The position numbers and the translations under genes were made by a program. From assembly GCA_003560875.1 (NCBI GenBank), contig PWJQ01000035.1:7182-71181 (forward strand): a stretch of 64,000 nt of DNA, in the 5' to 3' direction. This stretch comes from Methanomassiliicoccaceae archaeon (GTDB lineage Archaea; Thermoplasmatota; Thermoplasmata; Methanomassiliicoccales; Methanomethylophilaceae). The first letter of the stretch is position 1. Each line of letters opens with the position of its first letter. Positions 36,539-46,728 of the stretch are shown here, one piece after another. Below the pieces are notes generated by a model that did no database searches, was not told where the DNA came from, and saw only the letters and a program-made list of their open reading frames with translations.

Positions 36539-37616
36539 GCCTGACCGCCTCCGCTATGCCCTCCTTGGGCCTTCTGTAAACAATCGACATCTTACGGTTG
36601 AACACCAGCTCCACATCCTGACCGATGGCCGGAGGCTCATGGTGTTTGGGGATGTTGTATTCCACTTTGTCCTCGCTCTTCGCCCGGGTCACCACACGCC
36701 AATAGCTGCCCATGTATATCACCTGGACCACCTTGGCACTGAGACCCTCCTTGGCGGTGTAAACGTACTCCGGCCTCACCGACAGGACGACGGCGTCGTT
36801 GATGTTGAATTGGCGGTTACCGCCCACCTTGATGTCCGTGCCGTCCCTCAACTTGACCAGTATGTTGCGGTCGTCCTTATCGGAGACCATTCCCTCCATG
36901 AGGTTGGTCTCCCCTATGAAATAAGCGGTGAATAAATTGTTCGGTCGCCGGTACAGCTTCATGGGGCTGTCGCTCTCCACGATGCTGCCGTTGCGCATGA
37001 CCACGATCCGGTCGGACACCGACATGGCCTCGTCCTGGTCGTGGGTCACGTGGATGACGGTGATTCCCAGTTCCTTTACCAGGCGTCTGATCTCATATCG
37101 GAGGTCCATCCTCACCCGGGCGTCCAACGCTGACAACGGTTCATCGAGCAGGAGGAGCCGGGCACCTGACGCCATCGCCCTGGCGATGGCCACCTTCTGC
37201 TGCTCTCCTCCTGATAGCTCACCGGGAAACATGTCGAGGCGGTCGAGCATGTTGACCAGTTTGAGGAACTTGTCCGCCGTCTCCTTGCTCTCTTCCTTGG
37301 TCCTGCCTTGCATCCTCGGTCCGAAGGACACGTTCTTGGCCACTTTCATGTGGGGGAAGAGGGCGATGTTCTGGAACACATAACCGACATGTCTATCCTC
37401 GATGGGGACGTCGGTGACGTCCTCGCCGTCTATCGTGACACTCCCCTCCGTGGGGATCCACAGCCCGGATATCACCTTTATCAACGACGTCTTTCCACAA
37501 CCTGAGGGGCCGAGTATGGTCAGGTACTCGCCGTCCTTGATCACCAGGTCTATGTCCCGCACGGCATATATGTCGCCGAACCTCATTGTGACCTTGTTCA
37601 GTGTTATACGGGGCAT
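36531..37616 (-). CDS. ABC transporter ATP-binding protein (TOBE tail)
   Basis: GPSGCGKT, LSGGEQQ, LLDEP, VTHDQ. Confidence 0.95.
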   Translation of the reverse strand: MPRITLNKVTMRFGDIYAVRDIDLVIKDGEYLTILGPSGCGKTSLIKVISGLWIPTEGSVTIDGEDVTDVPIEDRHVGYVFQNIALFPHMKVAKNVSFGPRMQGRTKEESKETADKFLKLVNMLDRLDMFPGELSGGEQQKVAIARAMASGARLLLLDEPLSALDARVRMDLRYEIRRLVKELGITVIHVTHDQDEAMSVSDRIVVMRNGSIVESDSPMKLYRRPNNLFTAYFIGETNLMEGMVSDKDDRNILVKLRDGTDIKVGGNRQFNINDAVVLSVRPEYVYTAKEGLSAKVVQVIYMGSYWRVVTRAKSEDKVEYNIPKHHEPPAIGQDVELVFNRKMSIVYRRPKEGIAEAVRLE

Positions 37617-38701
37617 TATTCCAACCTCAGCTCCTCTTCCAAGCCCTGCTCGGGCATCGGGAACACCGTCGCCTCATCCGGCGACCATCCTACCACGACC
37701 TCGTCGCCGGGGGAGAATTCCTCGTACTTGCGGTTGGGCAGTTTGGCGGAGAAGAGCTTCCCGTTGGCCATGACGTCGATGTGTATCGTCACCCCCTCGT
37801 ACAGTATCCTCTCCACCCTCCCTAGGAAGAAGCCCTCCTCCGTCCGTAGCTGGGTGTTGCCGACCTTGATGGCGACGATCACCTCCGAGCCCACGGGCAA
37901 CTGGCAGGGCCGGGCCTTCACGTTTATGCCCATGTCGTTCTCCACCACGGTATAGTCGCCGTTAGAGACCAACCGGCCTTTGAAGAAATTGGACTGGCCG
38001 ACGAAATTGGCCACGAAGGGACTCACGGGGGTGTCGAACACCTCCTTGGGAGTGCCCACCTGGACCACCTTGCCGTACCTCATGACGGCAACGCGGTCGG
38101 CTATGACCATCGCCTCCTCCTGGTCGTGGGTGACGTGTATCGCGGTTATGCCCAGGGCCTTGACCAGTGAACGGATCTCACGGCGGAGCTCTATCCTCAG
38201 CCGGGCGTCCAAGGCCCTCAGGGGCTCATCGAGCAGTATGACCTTCGACCCTGACGCCAAGGCCCGGGCCAAGGCAGTGCGCTGCTGCATACCGCCGCTG
38301 AGCTCGCGGGGGAGGGCGTCCTTACGACGGTTGAGATGGACCATCTCCAGCATGTTGTCCACGATGTCCTGTGCCTGCTGGAACTCCCACCCTCTGATGC
38401 GGGGGCCGTAGATGACGTTGCCATTGACATCCAGATGAGGGAAGAGGGAGTATACTTGTGATAGTAAAGCGGCCTCCCGGGCCTCGGGTTCGACCCTGGT
38501 GTAATCCTTGCCATCGAACAGTATCTTACCGCTATCAGGATCGATTAGTCCGGCGATCATCTTCAGAGCGGTGGTCTTACCGGCCCCGGTGGGGCCGAGG
38601 ATGCATATGTACTCGCCCTCCTCCACTCTGAGGTCCATCCCGTCAGCGGCTATGGTTTTGCCGTACCTCTTACTCAGCCCTTTGAGTTCGACCACGGTCA
38701 T
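37616..38701 (-). CDS. ABC transporter ATP-binding protein (TOBE tail)
   Basis: GPTGAGKT, LSGGMQQ, LLDEP, VTHDQ. Confidence 0.95.
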   Translation of the reverse strand: MTVVELKGLSKRYGKTIAADGMDLRVEEGEYICILGPTGAGKTTALKMIAGLIDPDSGKILFDGKDYTRVEPEAREAALLSQVYSLFPHLDVNGNVIYGPRIRGWEFQQAQDIVDNMLEMVHLNRRKDALPRELSGGMQQRTALARALASGSKVILLDEPLRALDARLRIELRREIRSLVKALGITAIHVTHDQEEAMVIADRVAVMRYGKVVQVGTPKEVFDTPVSPFVANFVGQSNFFKGRLVSNGDYTVVENDMGINVKARPCQLPVGSEVIVAIKVGNTQLRTEEGFFLGRVERILYEGVTIHIDVMANGKLFSAKLPNRKYEEFSPGDEVVVGWSPDEATVFPMPEQGLEEELRLE

Positions 38702-40356
38702 CAGTAAGTGCCTCCTTCACGCCTTATCACATAACGGAGTCCGAACATGAACACGAATGAGACCATGATGAGCACCATGGCCGACACGGCGGCGAGATAG
38801 TAGTCACCGGTATTCATCAGACCGATTATGTAGACCGGCACGGTGTTGGCATCCGGGCTGACCGCCACCGTGGCACCGGTCTCGCCGAGTGAACGGGTGA
38901 AGGCGAGGATGGCACCGGCGAGGACGGCGGAACGGACGATGGGGAACAGCACGGTGCGGAACGTGGCGAAGGGTTTGGCTCCCAGAGTTCGTGCGGCCTC
39001 CTCATACGACGGGTCGACCTCCATCACGGCTCCGGCGACGTTCCTGACCACCAGAGGATAAGTGAAAGCTATATGCGCCATGATCACCAGGACTGTCAAG
39101 TTGGTGACTAAGCCCTGGGTGGTCCAGAACAAGGCCAATGAGAAACCCAATGCCGTGGTAGGTACGATGAGAGGTATGTTGACCAGGGAATCCACCGCCT
39201 GTGCCAACTTCTTGTCCTTATGCCTTGCGATGTACAAGGCCAGCGGTACGCCGAGGACGATGTCCGCCAAGGTAACCACACCGGCCACCATGAATGAATA
39301 TGCTAAAGCGTCCAACAGCCCAGACCAGTCCATGTCCGCAGGGGACGGTACCAGAAGGTAGGCGAATATGAAGAAGGACGGGATTATGACTATGGCGAAG
39401 AGCCAGACGAAACTCACCACGTCCTTGGCCTTGGGCACCGCGCCCCGGCTCAGCACCCTCTCCCACCGCGGCCAAACCTTATCGAATGGTACGCCTACCC
39501 TTCCAAGGACGAACTTGATTATGAGAAGGAAGATTATGGCAGTGATTATCAGGATTATACTGACCACCGCCAGTACCGCCTCGACGTCCGTGGTCCCAAG
39601 GACGAGGTCGTTCTTCAACGCGGCGATCAGGGTGGGGCCGGTGAAGAACTTGTCCGCCTGACCGACGGTGATGAGGGCGATGAAGGTTCCACCCGTCTCA
39701 CTGAGGGAACGGGCGAAACAAAGGATGAAACCGGTTATGAGACCGGCGCGGAAAAGGGGCAGGGTTATCGTCCTGGCGGCAGTCATGCGGCTGGCGCCGA
39801 GGGTCATCCCCGCCTCCTCGTAGCTCTGGTCGATCTGCTCCAATATGGCGGAGAGTGAACGGACCATGTAAGGGTAGGTGAAGATGATGTGGAGAAGCAT
39901 TATGAGGATGTAGGGGGAGGCGACGATACCGAGCGCCCCGGGGGGCACAGGGGCTTCCACCGGCAGTCCCCAGAAGATACCGATCGAGAAACCGAGGGCG
40001 GCGGTGGGGAATGCCAAAGGCATATCGATGAGGGTGTCGAGGAGCTTCTTCCCCCGGAACTGTTTCCGCACCATTATCCAGGCCATCGGTATGCCGACGA
40101 TGAGGTCGATGATGGTGACTATCAGCGCCAAGCTGAATGAGGTGAATACCGCCCCCCATACCAGCGACATGACCTCGGGGTCGTCGAGAACCATGTTGCT
40201 CAGGTTCTGGAAGTCCATTATGCCGAATATCAGCACATAAACCGTGGGGAGTATTATGAAGGCCAGGAAGAACAGGGTGATGATCCCGAACCATCCACTG
40301 CGGATGTCCCTCCTACTGGAGAGATCGTCTATCCTTTTGGTAAGGCTCATCGGCAT
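38701..40356 (-). CDS. ABC permease with two fused CysT/ModB-type domains
   Basis: Two EAA motifs (YEEAGMTLGA, YEEAARTLGA) and F.RSL.ETG twice. Confidence 0.92.
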   Translation of the reverse strand: MPMSLTKRIDDLSSRRDIRSGWFGIITLFFLAFIILPTVYVLIFGIMDFQNLSNMVLDDPEVMSLVWGAVFTSFSLALIVTIIDLIVGIPMAWIMVRKQFRGKKLLDTLIDMPLAFPTAALGFSIGIFWGLPVEAPVPPGALGIVASPYILIMLLHIIFTYPYMVRSLSAILEQIDQSYEEAGMTLGASRMTAARTITLPLFRAGLITGFILCFARSLSETGGTFIALITVGQADKFFTGPTLIAALKNDLVLGTTDVEAVLAVVSIILIITAIIFLLIIKFVLGRVGVPFDKVWPRWERVLSRGAVPKAKDVVSFVWLFAIVIIPSFFIFAYLLVPSPADMDWSGLLDALAYSFMVAGVVTLADIVLGVPLALYIARHKDKKLAQAVDSLVNIPLIVPTTALGFSLALFWTTQGLVTNLTVLVIMAHIAFTYPLVVRNVAGAVMEVDPSYEEAARTLGAKPFATFRTVLFPIVRSAVLAGAILAFTRSLGETGATVAVSPDANTVPVYIIGLMNTGDYYLAAVSAMVLIMVSFVFMFGLRYVIRREGGTY

Positions 40357-40380
40357 CGGCGGACACTTGACTGATGATTA

Positions 40381-40431
40381 TGTATATATCTGCTATGATT
40401 ATAATCTATATAGCCTATAGAATCTCTATAG
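40381..40431 (-). promoter_or_regulatory. AT-rich promoter with CTATAG repeats upstream of the ABC operon
   Basis: CTATATAG at 40406-40413; CTATAG at 40415 and 40426 (11-bp spacing; CTATAGA-ATC-TCTATAG inverted repeat). Confidence 0.5.
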
Positions 40432-40521
40432 TTTTTTTCTTTTTCCGAACCCCTCGTCTCGTTGTGAGATAGAGTTGGATTATTAGGCCGCTCAAAGCGG
40501 GAAAACCTTTTCTATAGGGGC

Positions 40522-41385
40522 TTATAAGAATATGGTGTCAACGACCTTCTCGCCCTTTCTGACTTTAGCTCCGGGGCAGATGATCGAGTTGCGGATGAAA
40601 GCTTTCGATCCGACGCTGGCGCCTTCTAGAACGGCGGATTCGGCCACATCGGCGTCAGCAGCCACCGCGGAACCCGCCTTGAAAACGTTGCCCACTCCCT
40701 GCTCCTTAAGGAGTATCCCCTGTGCTCGTAGGTAGCTGTCACGCGTGCCGCAGTCCACCCAATATCCTTCCAGCCTCAAGCCGTAGAGTCCACGGTCAAG
40801 CACATTAGGGAAGACATCCCGCTCCAGGCTCACGACGCCGTCGGGGATGTGTTCGAATATCTCCGGCTCGAATACGTAGACGCCGGCATTGATCAGGTCG
40901 GAGAGCTCCTCGCCGGGGGCGGGCTTCTCCTGGAACGAGGTCACACGGTCATCGTCCAAGGCCACGACGCCGTAGGCGCTGGGATCCTTGACCTTCCACA
41001 GGGCTAGAGTCCCGATACCTCCATGGCGACGATGGAAATCCGCCATCATGGCGGCGTCAAGGGAGCAGACGATGTCTCCGTTGAATGCCAGGAAAGTGTC
41101 GTCGAGATATTCGGATATGTTCTTTAGCGCCCCTCCGGTGCCCAAGGGCTCCGTCTCCTCCACCAGTATGACCTCGCGACCGATGTCGACGGAGTCGAAA
41201 TAATCCTGGAGGTCGTCTTTGCGGTAGTTCACCGCCAATATCACGGTGTCGACCTCAGCGGGCAAAGGGTCGATGATGTGCCTTATGAGGGGCTTGCCGA
41301 CAAGGGGCACCAATGGTTTGGGCATACCTTCGGTCAAGGGCCGAAGACGCGTCCCCTGTCCTCCGGCGAGTATCGCCGCCTTCAT
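40522..41385 (-). CDS. NDP-sugar pyrophosphorylase (mannose-1-P guanylyltransferase-like)
   Basis: LAGGQGTRLRPLT..PKPL, PLGTGG, NGD, EKP, INAGVY. Confidence 0.92.
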   Translation of the reverse strand: MKAAILAGGQGTRLRPLTEGMPKPLVPLVGKPLIRHIIDPLPAEVDTVILAVNYRKDDLQDYFDSVDIGREVILVEETEPLGTGGALKNISEYLDDTFLAFNGDIVCSLDAAMMADFHRRHGGIGTLALWKVKDPSAYGVVALDDDRVTSFQEKPAPGEELSDLINAGVYVFEPEIFEHIPDGVVSLERDVFPNVLDRGLYGLRLEGYWVDCGTRDSYLRAQGILLKEQGVGNVFKAGSAVAADADVAESAVLEGASVGSKAFIRNSIICPGAKVRKGEKVVDTIFL

Positions 41386-41394
41386 CTCCTTGGT

Positions 41395-41610
41395 TCAAAG
41401 GGTGGATATGCTCACGACGTTGTTGCCACGGAGTACAACGGTGCCGAGACGCCTGCTCTGGTCGCCGTTGGTCTCCTCTGTGTCCTCGAGGACCATGTTC
41501 ATGTAGTCGTCGAACCCGGTGAGCTTGCCCTCCAGGATCCTGCTGTCCTTGAGGAGTAAGCATATTCTCTTTTCCAAGGATTTCTCCAATAAAGCGAGAG
41601 GCATGACCAT
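41395..41610 (-). CDS. Sm-like (Lsm) protein
   Basis: LEGKLTGFDDYMNMVLED and LG.VVLRGNNV. Confidence 0.95.
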   Translation of the reverse strand: MVMPLALLEKSLEKRICLLLKDSRILEGKLTGFDDYMNMVLEDTEETNGDQSRRLGTVVLRGNNVVSISTL

Positions 41611-41652
41611 TTCAATCAAATGTGTGAACTGAATCATGTTTTTAAATGTTTT

Positions 41653-42156
41653 CTAATCTTGGACCTCGCGCGCGGAATCCATCCACCGACGGACATCCTC
41701 GCGGCGGCGGGCGTCGATGCCGAAATGCTCCGAGAAACGACGGTTGGTGCTCAGCTCCAGGGTCTGCCCCTTCTTCCTGGCGTCCACCAGGCCCATATCC
41801 CTCAGTTTGCGCACGTCGTCATAGACACGGGCGCCGAGGCTGCGGCAGAGCTCGCTCTGCTCCACCGGTTGATGGTAGGCTATCATGGCGGCCGTGCGCA
41901 GGGTCGACGGCGGTATCTCCGGAGGGGAGAACTGCTGCCCGTAGGGGAGGTACTCCTCACGCAGGCAGAGCGAGTATCGCCCACCGGCGCGGAGGACGCG
42001 CAGAGCAGAGCCGCGGCCCTCGTAATCATCCTGCAATGATTTGATGGCCTCTTGGACCTGCGACTCACTGAGACCGGTGGATTTGGACAGGTCCACCGCC
42101 CGCAATCCCTCATAGGAGGCGAAGAGCACCGCCTCCAGCAGGGCCTTGGGCTCCAC
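41653..42156 (-). CDS. scpB: Segregation/condensation protein B
   Basis: LEAVLF, T.A.IAYHQPV.QS, T..F...FG; follows scpA. Confidence 0.92.
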   Translation of the reverse strand: MEPKALLEAVLFASYEGLRAVDLSKSTGLSESQVQEAIKSLQDDYEGRGSALRVLRAGGRYSLCLREEYLPYGQQFSPPEIPPSTLRTAAMIAYHQPVEQSELCRSLGARVYDDVRKLRDMGLVDARKKGQTLELSTNRRFSEHFGIDARRREDVRRWMDSAREVQD

Positions 42157-43020
42157 TCACATCACCAGTTTGTCCTCGGTCTCGGCCAGCACCGTGTCCT
42201 CGACCTTGCCCTGCATCCAATCCACCTTGATCTCGATGAAAACCTCACCGTGCGGCAGTTCATCCTGCCATACCGCCAGCAGCCCGTTGCGGACCAGGAA
42301 GAGCACCGCCACGAAGGATGAGATGTTGGCGGCATGGTCGCTACCGAAGAGGTCCTTGAGGGCCAGAGGGCCGGTGCCCAGCCTCTGTATGCGTTCCCAT
42401 ACCTTATCCACGTCACTCTCCATGTCCTCGTCGTGGGCCTGATTCTGGAAAGGGACGGAGGTCTTCACCCTGACGGGACGGGAACGTTCCCGTTCGACCT
42501 CGCGGCGGGCGTCCTCAAAGGCGTCGAGCAGTTCCATCAGCGAGACGGGGCGTATCTCACGGCGGCGGAGGGTGGGAGTTAGCAGAGCCGGCGGCGGGAG
42601 CAGCCTCTCCGGCTCCTCACAGAGGTCGTCCACCATGCCGTCCATGTCCCACATCTGGAACGGGCAGTCCTGTCTCTCCTTCTCGTTGATTATCTCATCG
42701 CTCTGCAGACGCAGCACCTGCCAGGCCATGTGCACCAGCTTGCCGGCCACTATGAGGTCTATGCGCTCCTTTCCAATCTTCGTCGTGTATAGTCGTGTGA
42801 ACTCCATGAGGTCCAAGGCCCAGGGGTCCATCCCATGGCTGAGGACCAGCTCGAACGCCGACCTTATGGACTCGTCGACGGGGTCGCAGAGCGATTCGCC
42901 CTCCCCCTCGTCGAGTATGCGCAGATACCTCTGCATGTTCGTTATGCCCGCCTCGTCGTCCACCAGCGCCTGGTGGAACATCAGGTGCTCCAGCACCGAC
43001 TGGTCCCTCGTCTCGCTCAT
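42157..43020 (-). CDS. scpA: Segregation/condensation protein A (kleisin)
   Basis: MDPW.LDL, RPVSL.EL, F.A.LFL, Q.E..GE; follows smc. Confidence 0.88.
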   Translation of the reverse strand: MSETRDQSVLEHLMFHQALVDDEAGITNMQRYLRILDEGEGESLCDPVDESIRSAFELVLSHGMDPWALDLMEFTRLYTTKIGKERIDLIVAGKLVHMAWQVLRLQSDEIINEKERQDCPFQMWDMDGMVDDLCEEPERLLPPPALLTPTLRRREIRPVSLMELLDAFEDARREVERERSRPVRVKTSVPFQNQAHDEDMESDVDKVWERIQRLGTGPLALKDLFGSDHAANISSFVAVLFLVRNGLLAVWQDELPHGEVFIEIKVDWMQGKVEDTVLAETEDKLVM

Positions 43021-46000
43021 GTGCTCCCCTCCGCTTCCTTCAAGGTGCTCGTTATCTCGCTCAGTTTGGGCTGCATTATGACCTTGCTTATCCCGTTCGG
43101 TTGCCGGGTCACGCCCATCAGGTGGTCGGCCTTGCCCAAGGTGACCTTGCGCAAGGATATCTGCACGAACTGCGCCTTGGTGCAGCTCTGTTTGACCCTC
43201 CTCGCCACCATCTCGGCATTCACCGAGTCCAGGAACATGTCCACCTCGTCCAGGAGGTAGAATGGCGAGGGCTGGTGCTCCTGCAGGGCGAAGATGAACG
43301 CCAAGGCGGTGAGGCTCTTCTCCCCGCCGCTCAGAGCCTCTAAGCGAAGCAGCTTGCCGTTCTTGGGTTTGGCGTTGATCAGCAGCCCGCCCTGGAACGG
43401 GTCGTCGGGATGCTCCAATGAAAGGTAGGCCTCCCCTCCTCCGGAGAGGTCGGCGTACACGGAACGGAAATTCTCGTCCACGGCCTTGAACACCAGGTCG
43501 AAGACCGTCTTCTTCTCTTTGTTGAGGCCGTCCATGAGGACGAGGAGTTCTTCGCGCTGAGTCTCGAGCCTCTGCACCTCCTCCATCATGCGGTCGTGGC
43601 GGTCCTTCTTCTCCTCGTAGTCCTCGATGGCGCGCAGGTTGACGTTCCCCATGGCCTCCATTTCCGCCTCCGCCTTGCGTATGCGGGAACGGATGGCATC
43701 CAGGGACGGCAGGGGCTGCTGCACCGCCCTGACCTCCTCCGCCTCGGCACGCAACTGCTCCAGGCGCTGCTCGGCCTGTGCGAGTCTGACCCTCAGGCCG
43801 TTCTGGAAATCCTCCTTGGTGTCGATCTTGTCCTTCAATCCCTCCGCCTCGGAGTTGCGGGCGACCATCTTGCGGTAGGCGTCGTCCCTCTTGTCACGGA
43901 GTTCCTTGACCTCCTCCTCCATGGTCTGCATCATGGACTTGACCGCCGCCATCTCCGTCCTTATGGCGGTCTCCTCGCTACGGGCACTGTCCCTGACCGA
44001 CTCCAGCTCCTTGAGGCTGGCCTCCAAGGTTTCGACATCATCATCATTCTTGGATAGGGAGGAATCCGTGTTATCCAGTGTAGCGTCAGCGGCCATGACC
44101 CTGCCCTCTATAGCGCTGAGGGCGCGGTCCGCGTTCAAGAGGGAGTCCTGCAGCCCGGAGAGCCGGCGCTGCACATCCTCGGGCGCCATCTCCAATAGCT
44201 TGGCCTTCATGGCTTGCAGGGACTCCCGCGTGTCAGCGAGCTCCTTGGAGCAGGCGGCGAGTTCGGAATCCTTGGCTTTGAGAACCTGGTCCTTGGCGAG
44301 GTGGTCGGCTTTGTTGGCGTCCAAGGATTCCTTGAGGACGTCACGGCGTCCACGGGCCTCATCCCTCTTCCTTTGCAGACGCTGCATCGAATCGTTGAAG
44401 TCGCGGTCACTGCTGCTGGCCTTGCGGAGCTCCTCCTCCGCGGACCTCATGGACCCCCGCACCCCTCCCAGCTCATTTACCAGATTCTCCATGGCCCCGG
44501 TGGCTATGCGCAGCTCCTCGGCGACGGCCTCCAGCCTGCCCGCCGATGCGGAGCCGAATCTCATGCCTTGCTTGCCCATGCTGCCACCGACCATGGCCCC
44601 GGCGGCCTCTATGACCTCCCCGTCCAATGTGACCAGCCGTACGCCGCCCATCAGCTGCCGCGCCGAGGGTAGGTCCTCGGTGACCACGGTGTCGCTGAGG
44701 ACGTGCCAGAACGCCGCCCGGTAGGCGGGGTCGAAACGTACGAGGTCTATGGCGTATCCCAAGGAGCGTTCGGCGGCCATTATGGCCTTGGCCCTCGGCC
44801 TCCCTTCCTGCATCTTGCTCAGTGGCAGGAAAGTCGCCCGGCCCGCCTTGGTCCTCTTCAGCATGTCGATGGTTTGAGAGGCCACAGCGTCGTCGTCCAC
44901 GATGATCGCCTGCATGCGTCCCCCGGCGGCGACCGACAGGGCGGTCTCGTACTCCTCATCGACCTCCGCCAGTTCGGCGATGGTCCCGTGTATGCCCTTG
45001 ATCGTGCCGCGGTCCCGGGCCTCGAGCACCGACACCACCGCACGGTTGTATCCTTTCTGGAGGTTCTCAGCGGCCTCCTTCTCCGCCTTCAGTGAAACGT
45101 AGTCCCGCTCCAGGCGGTGCAGCGCCTGCCGCAGGTCCCTCTCCTCCTCGCTGAGGCGGGTCTCCTCGGCCTTCAGTGTCCGCAGGCGTTCGCTCACCTC
45201 CTTGAGCCGATCCGCCGCTTCGCCCTCGTTCTTCTTGATCTCCCTCATCTGCCATTCGGCGTCCTGAGTCTCGAACTTGGCCGTCTCGAGGTCCTCCTCC
45301 AGGCGTGACCTCTCGCGTTCCAGGGCGTCCATCTCGGTGACGATGCCGCCCCTCTCGATGCTGAGACGGTGCTCCTTGTCCCGCAACGTCTCGACGTTCT
45401 CCTCGGCGACGGCGATATCCTCCTGTAACTGGGAGAGCTCCCCGCCCCGGGACTCTATCTCCTCGCGCAGTCCTTCGAGTCTCGCTTGGACCGAGTCCCT
45501 CTCCTTGGCGGCGGCATCCCTCTCGTTGCGGATGGAGGTCAGGGCGGCTTCAGCGTCCGCCCTCTCGCCGCTGAGTCGGACCGCCTCCTCCCGGCAGGCC
45601 TGGAGTTCACCCTCCTCCTTGGTGATGTCGGAGTCCGCTCTCTCCGCCCGGTCCTTGCGCCGTGCCGCCTCGACCATGAGCTCGTCCCTTCTGTCCTTCA
45701 ACTGACGGTACTCATCACCGCCGCGGGCCTCGATCTCCGTCTCCCAACGCCCCTTCTCATCCTCGAATCCGCGGGCCTCCTCGAGGAGTGCCCTCCTCTC
45801 AGCGGCGAGGGAGGCTATCTCCTGGTCATAGGCCTCTATCTGGGACCGGGTGCCGTCCGCCTCGGCCTGCGCTAGTTCCAGGTTCTTGTAAATAAGCTCG
45901 GCCTTGGCGATGTCCAGACCCTCCTTGGCGTCCAGATAGCGGCGGGCCGCCCGCCTCTCCTCATCCAACTGCAGCAGCTGCGCTTCCAGCTCCTTCTTGA

Positions 46001-46595
46001 TTATCGATATGCGCTCCAGATTGTCGTCGGTCTGTCTCCGCTCCTCCTCCGCCTTGGATATGTCGGCGTCGAAACGGGAGATGCCGGAGATGCCGTCCAA
46101 CACCCTCCTGCGCTCCAGGTTCCCCATCTCCACGATGCGGGTGACGTCCCCCTGCTGCACCAGGTTGTAACCCTCCGCGGATATGCGGGCGCTGGACAGC
46201 AGGTCATCGAACTCGCTCAGAGAGGAACGGTGGTCGTTGACGTAGAAATATGAGTTGTAGCCCTCCCCGCTGGATGACATCTTCACCAGGCGGGTCAGTC
46301 TGACGGTGTCGGCGTCCCAGGGGATGATGCGGTCGCTATTGTCGAAGACCAGGGACACCTTGGTGAAATCGGATGATTTGCGGCCCTTGCCGCCATCGAA
46401 TATCAGGTCGCTGAGCTTCCCCGCCCTTATGGCCTTGGAGCTCTTGGGACCGAGCACGAACAGTATTGCATCTGAGATGTTCGATTTTCCGGAGCCGTTG
46501 GGCCCGGTTATCGCCAGATAACCTTCCAGCAAAGGAATGTTCAGCTTCCCGCCGAAGGACTTGAAGTTCTCCAGCTCTATCTGCTTGAGGTACAC
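43017..46595 (-). CDS. smc: Chromosome segregation protein SMC
   Basis: ENFKSF, GPNGSGKSN, QGD, hinge GRATFLPL, LSGGEK, LDEVD; coiled coils. Confidence 0.98.
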   Translation of the reverse strand: MYLKQIELENFKSFGGKLNIPLLEGYLAITGPNGSGKSNISDAILFVLGPKSSKAIRAGKLSDLIFDGGKGRKSSDFTKVSLVFDNSDRIIPWDADTVRLTRLVKMSSSGEGYNSYFYVNDHRSSLSEFDDLLSSARISAEGYNLVQQGDVTRIVEMGNLERRRVLDGISGISRFDADISKAEEERRQTDDNLERISIIKKELEAQLLQLDEERRAARRYLDAKEGLDIAKAELIYKNLELAQAEADGTRSQIEAYDQEIASLAAERRALLEEARGFEDEKGRWETEIEARGGDEYRQLKDRRDELMVEAARRKDRAERADSDITKEEGELQACREEAVRLSGERADAEAALTSIRNERDAAAKERDSVQARLEGLREEIESRGGELSQLQEDIAVAEENVETLRDKEHRLSIERGGIVTEMDALERERSRLEEDLETAKFETQDAEWQMREIKKNEGEAADRLKEVSERLRTLKAEETRLSEEERDLRQALHRLERDYVSLKAEKEAAENLQKGYNRAVVSVLEARDRGTIKGIHGTIAELAEVDEEYETALSVAAGGRMQAIIVDDDAVASQTIDMLKRTKAGRATFLPLSKMQEGRPRAKAIMAAERSLGYAIDLVRFDPAYRAAFWHVLSDTVVTEDLPSARQLMGGVRLVTLDGEVIEAAGAMVGGSMGKQGMRFGSASAGRLEAVAEELRIATGAMENLVNELGGVRGSMRSAEEELRKASSSDRDFNDSMQRLQRKRDEARGRRDVLKESLDANKADHLAKDQVLKAKDSELAACSKELADTRESLQAMKAKLLEMAPEDVQRRLSGLQDSLLNADRALSAIEGRVMAADATLDNTDSSLSKNDDDVETLEASLKELESVRDSARSEETAIRTEMAAVKSMMQTMEEEVKELRDKRDDAYRKMVARNSEAEGLKDKIDTKEDFQNGLRVRLAQAEQRLEQLRAEAEEVRAVQQPLPSLDAIRSRIRKAEAEMEAMGNVNLRAIEDYEEKKDRHDRMMEEVQRLETQREELLVLMDGLNKEKKTVFDLVFKAVDENFRSVYADLSGGGEAYLSLEHPDDPFQGGLLINAKPKNGKLLRLEALSGGEKSLTALAFIFALQEHQPSPFYLLDEVDMFLDSVNAEMVARRVKQSCTKAQFVQISLRKVTLGKADHLMGVTRQPNGISKVIMQPKLSEITSTLKEAEGST

Positions 46596-46728
46596 CTTTT
46601 ACACCCCCTGCGGGGCGAGAGGCGGGCCCTGTGCGGGGGCCCTATATCGCATCCCATCGAGAACAGGCCAGACCTGTCCAGGTTTATAAGAGGTTTAGTT
46701 CGTATATAAATGTTATCGGTACCTCCAG

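Noticed and set aside
43017..46595. SMC as a defence (Wadjet/Lamassu) component
   Set aside because: Canonical hinge-containing Smc with scpA and scpB and no nuclease partner; housekeeping condensin
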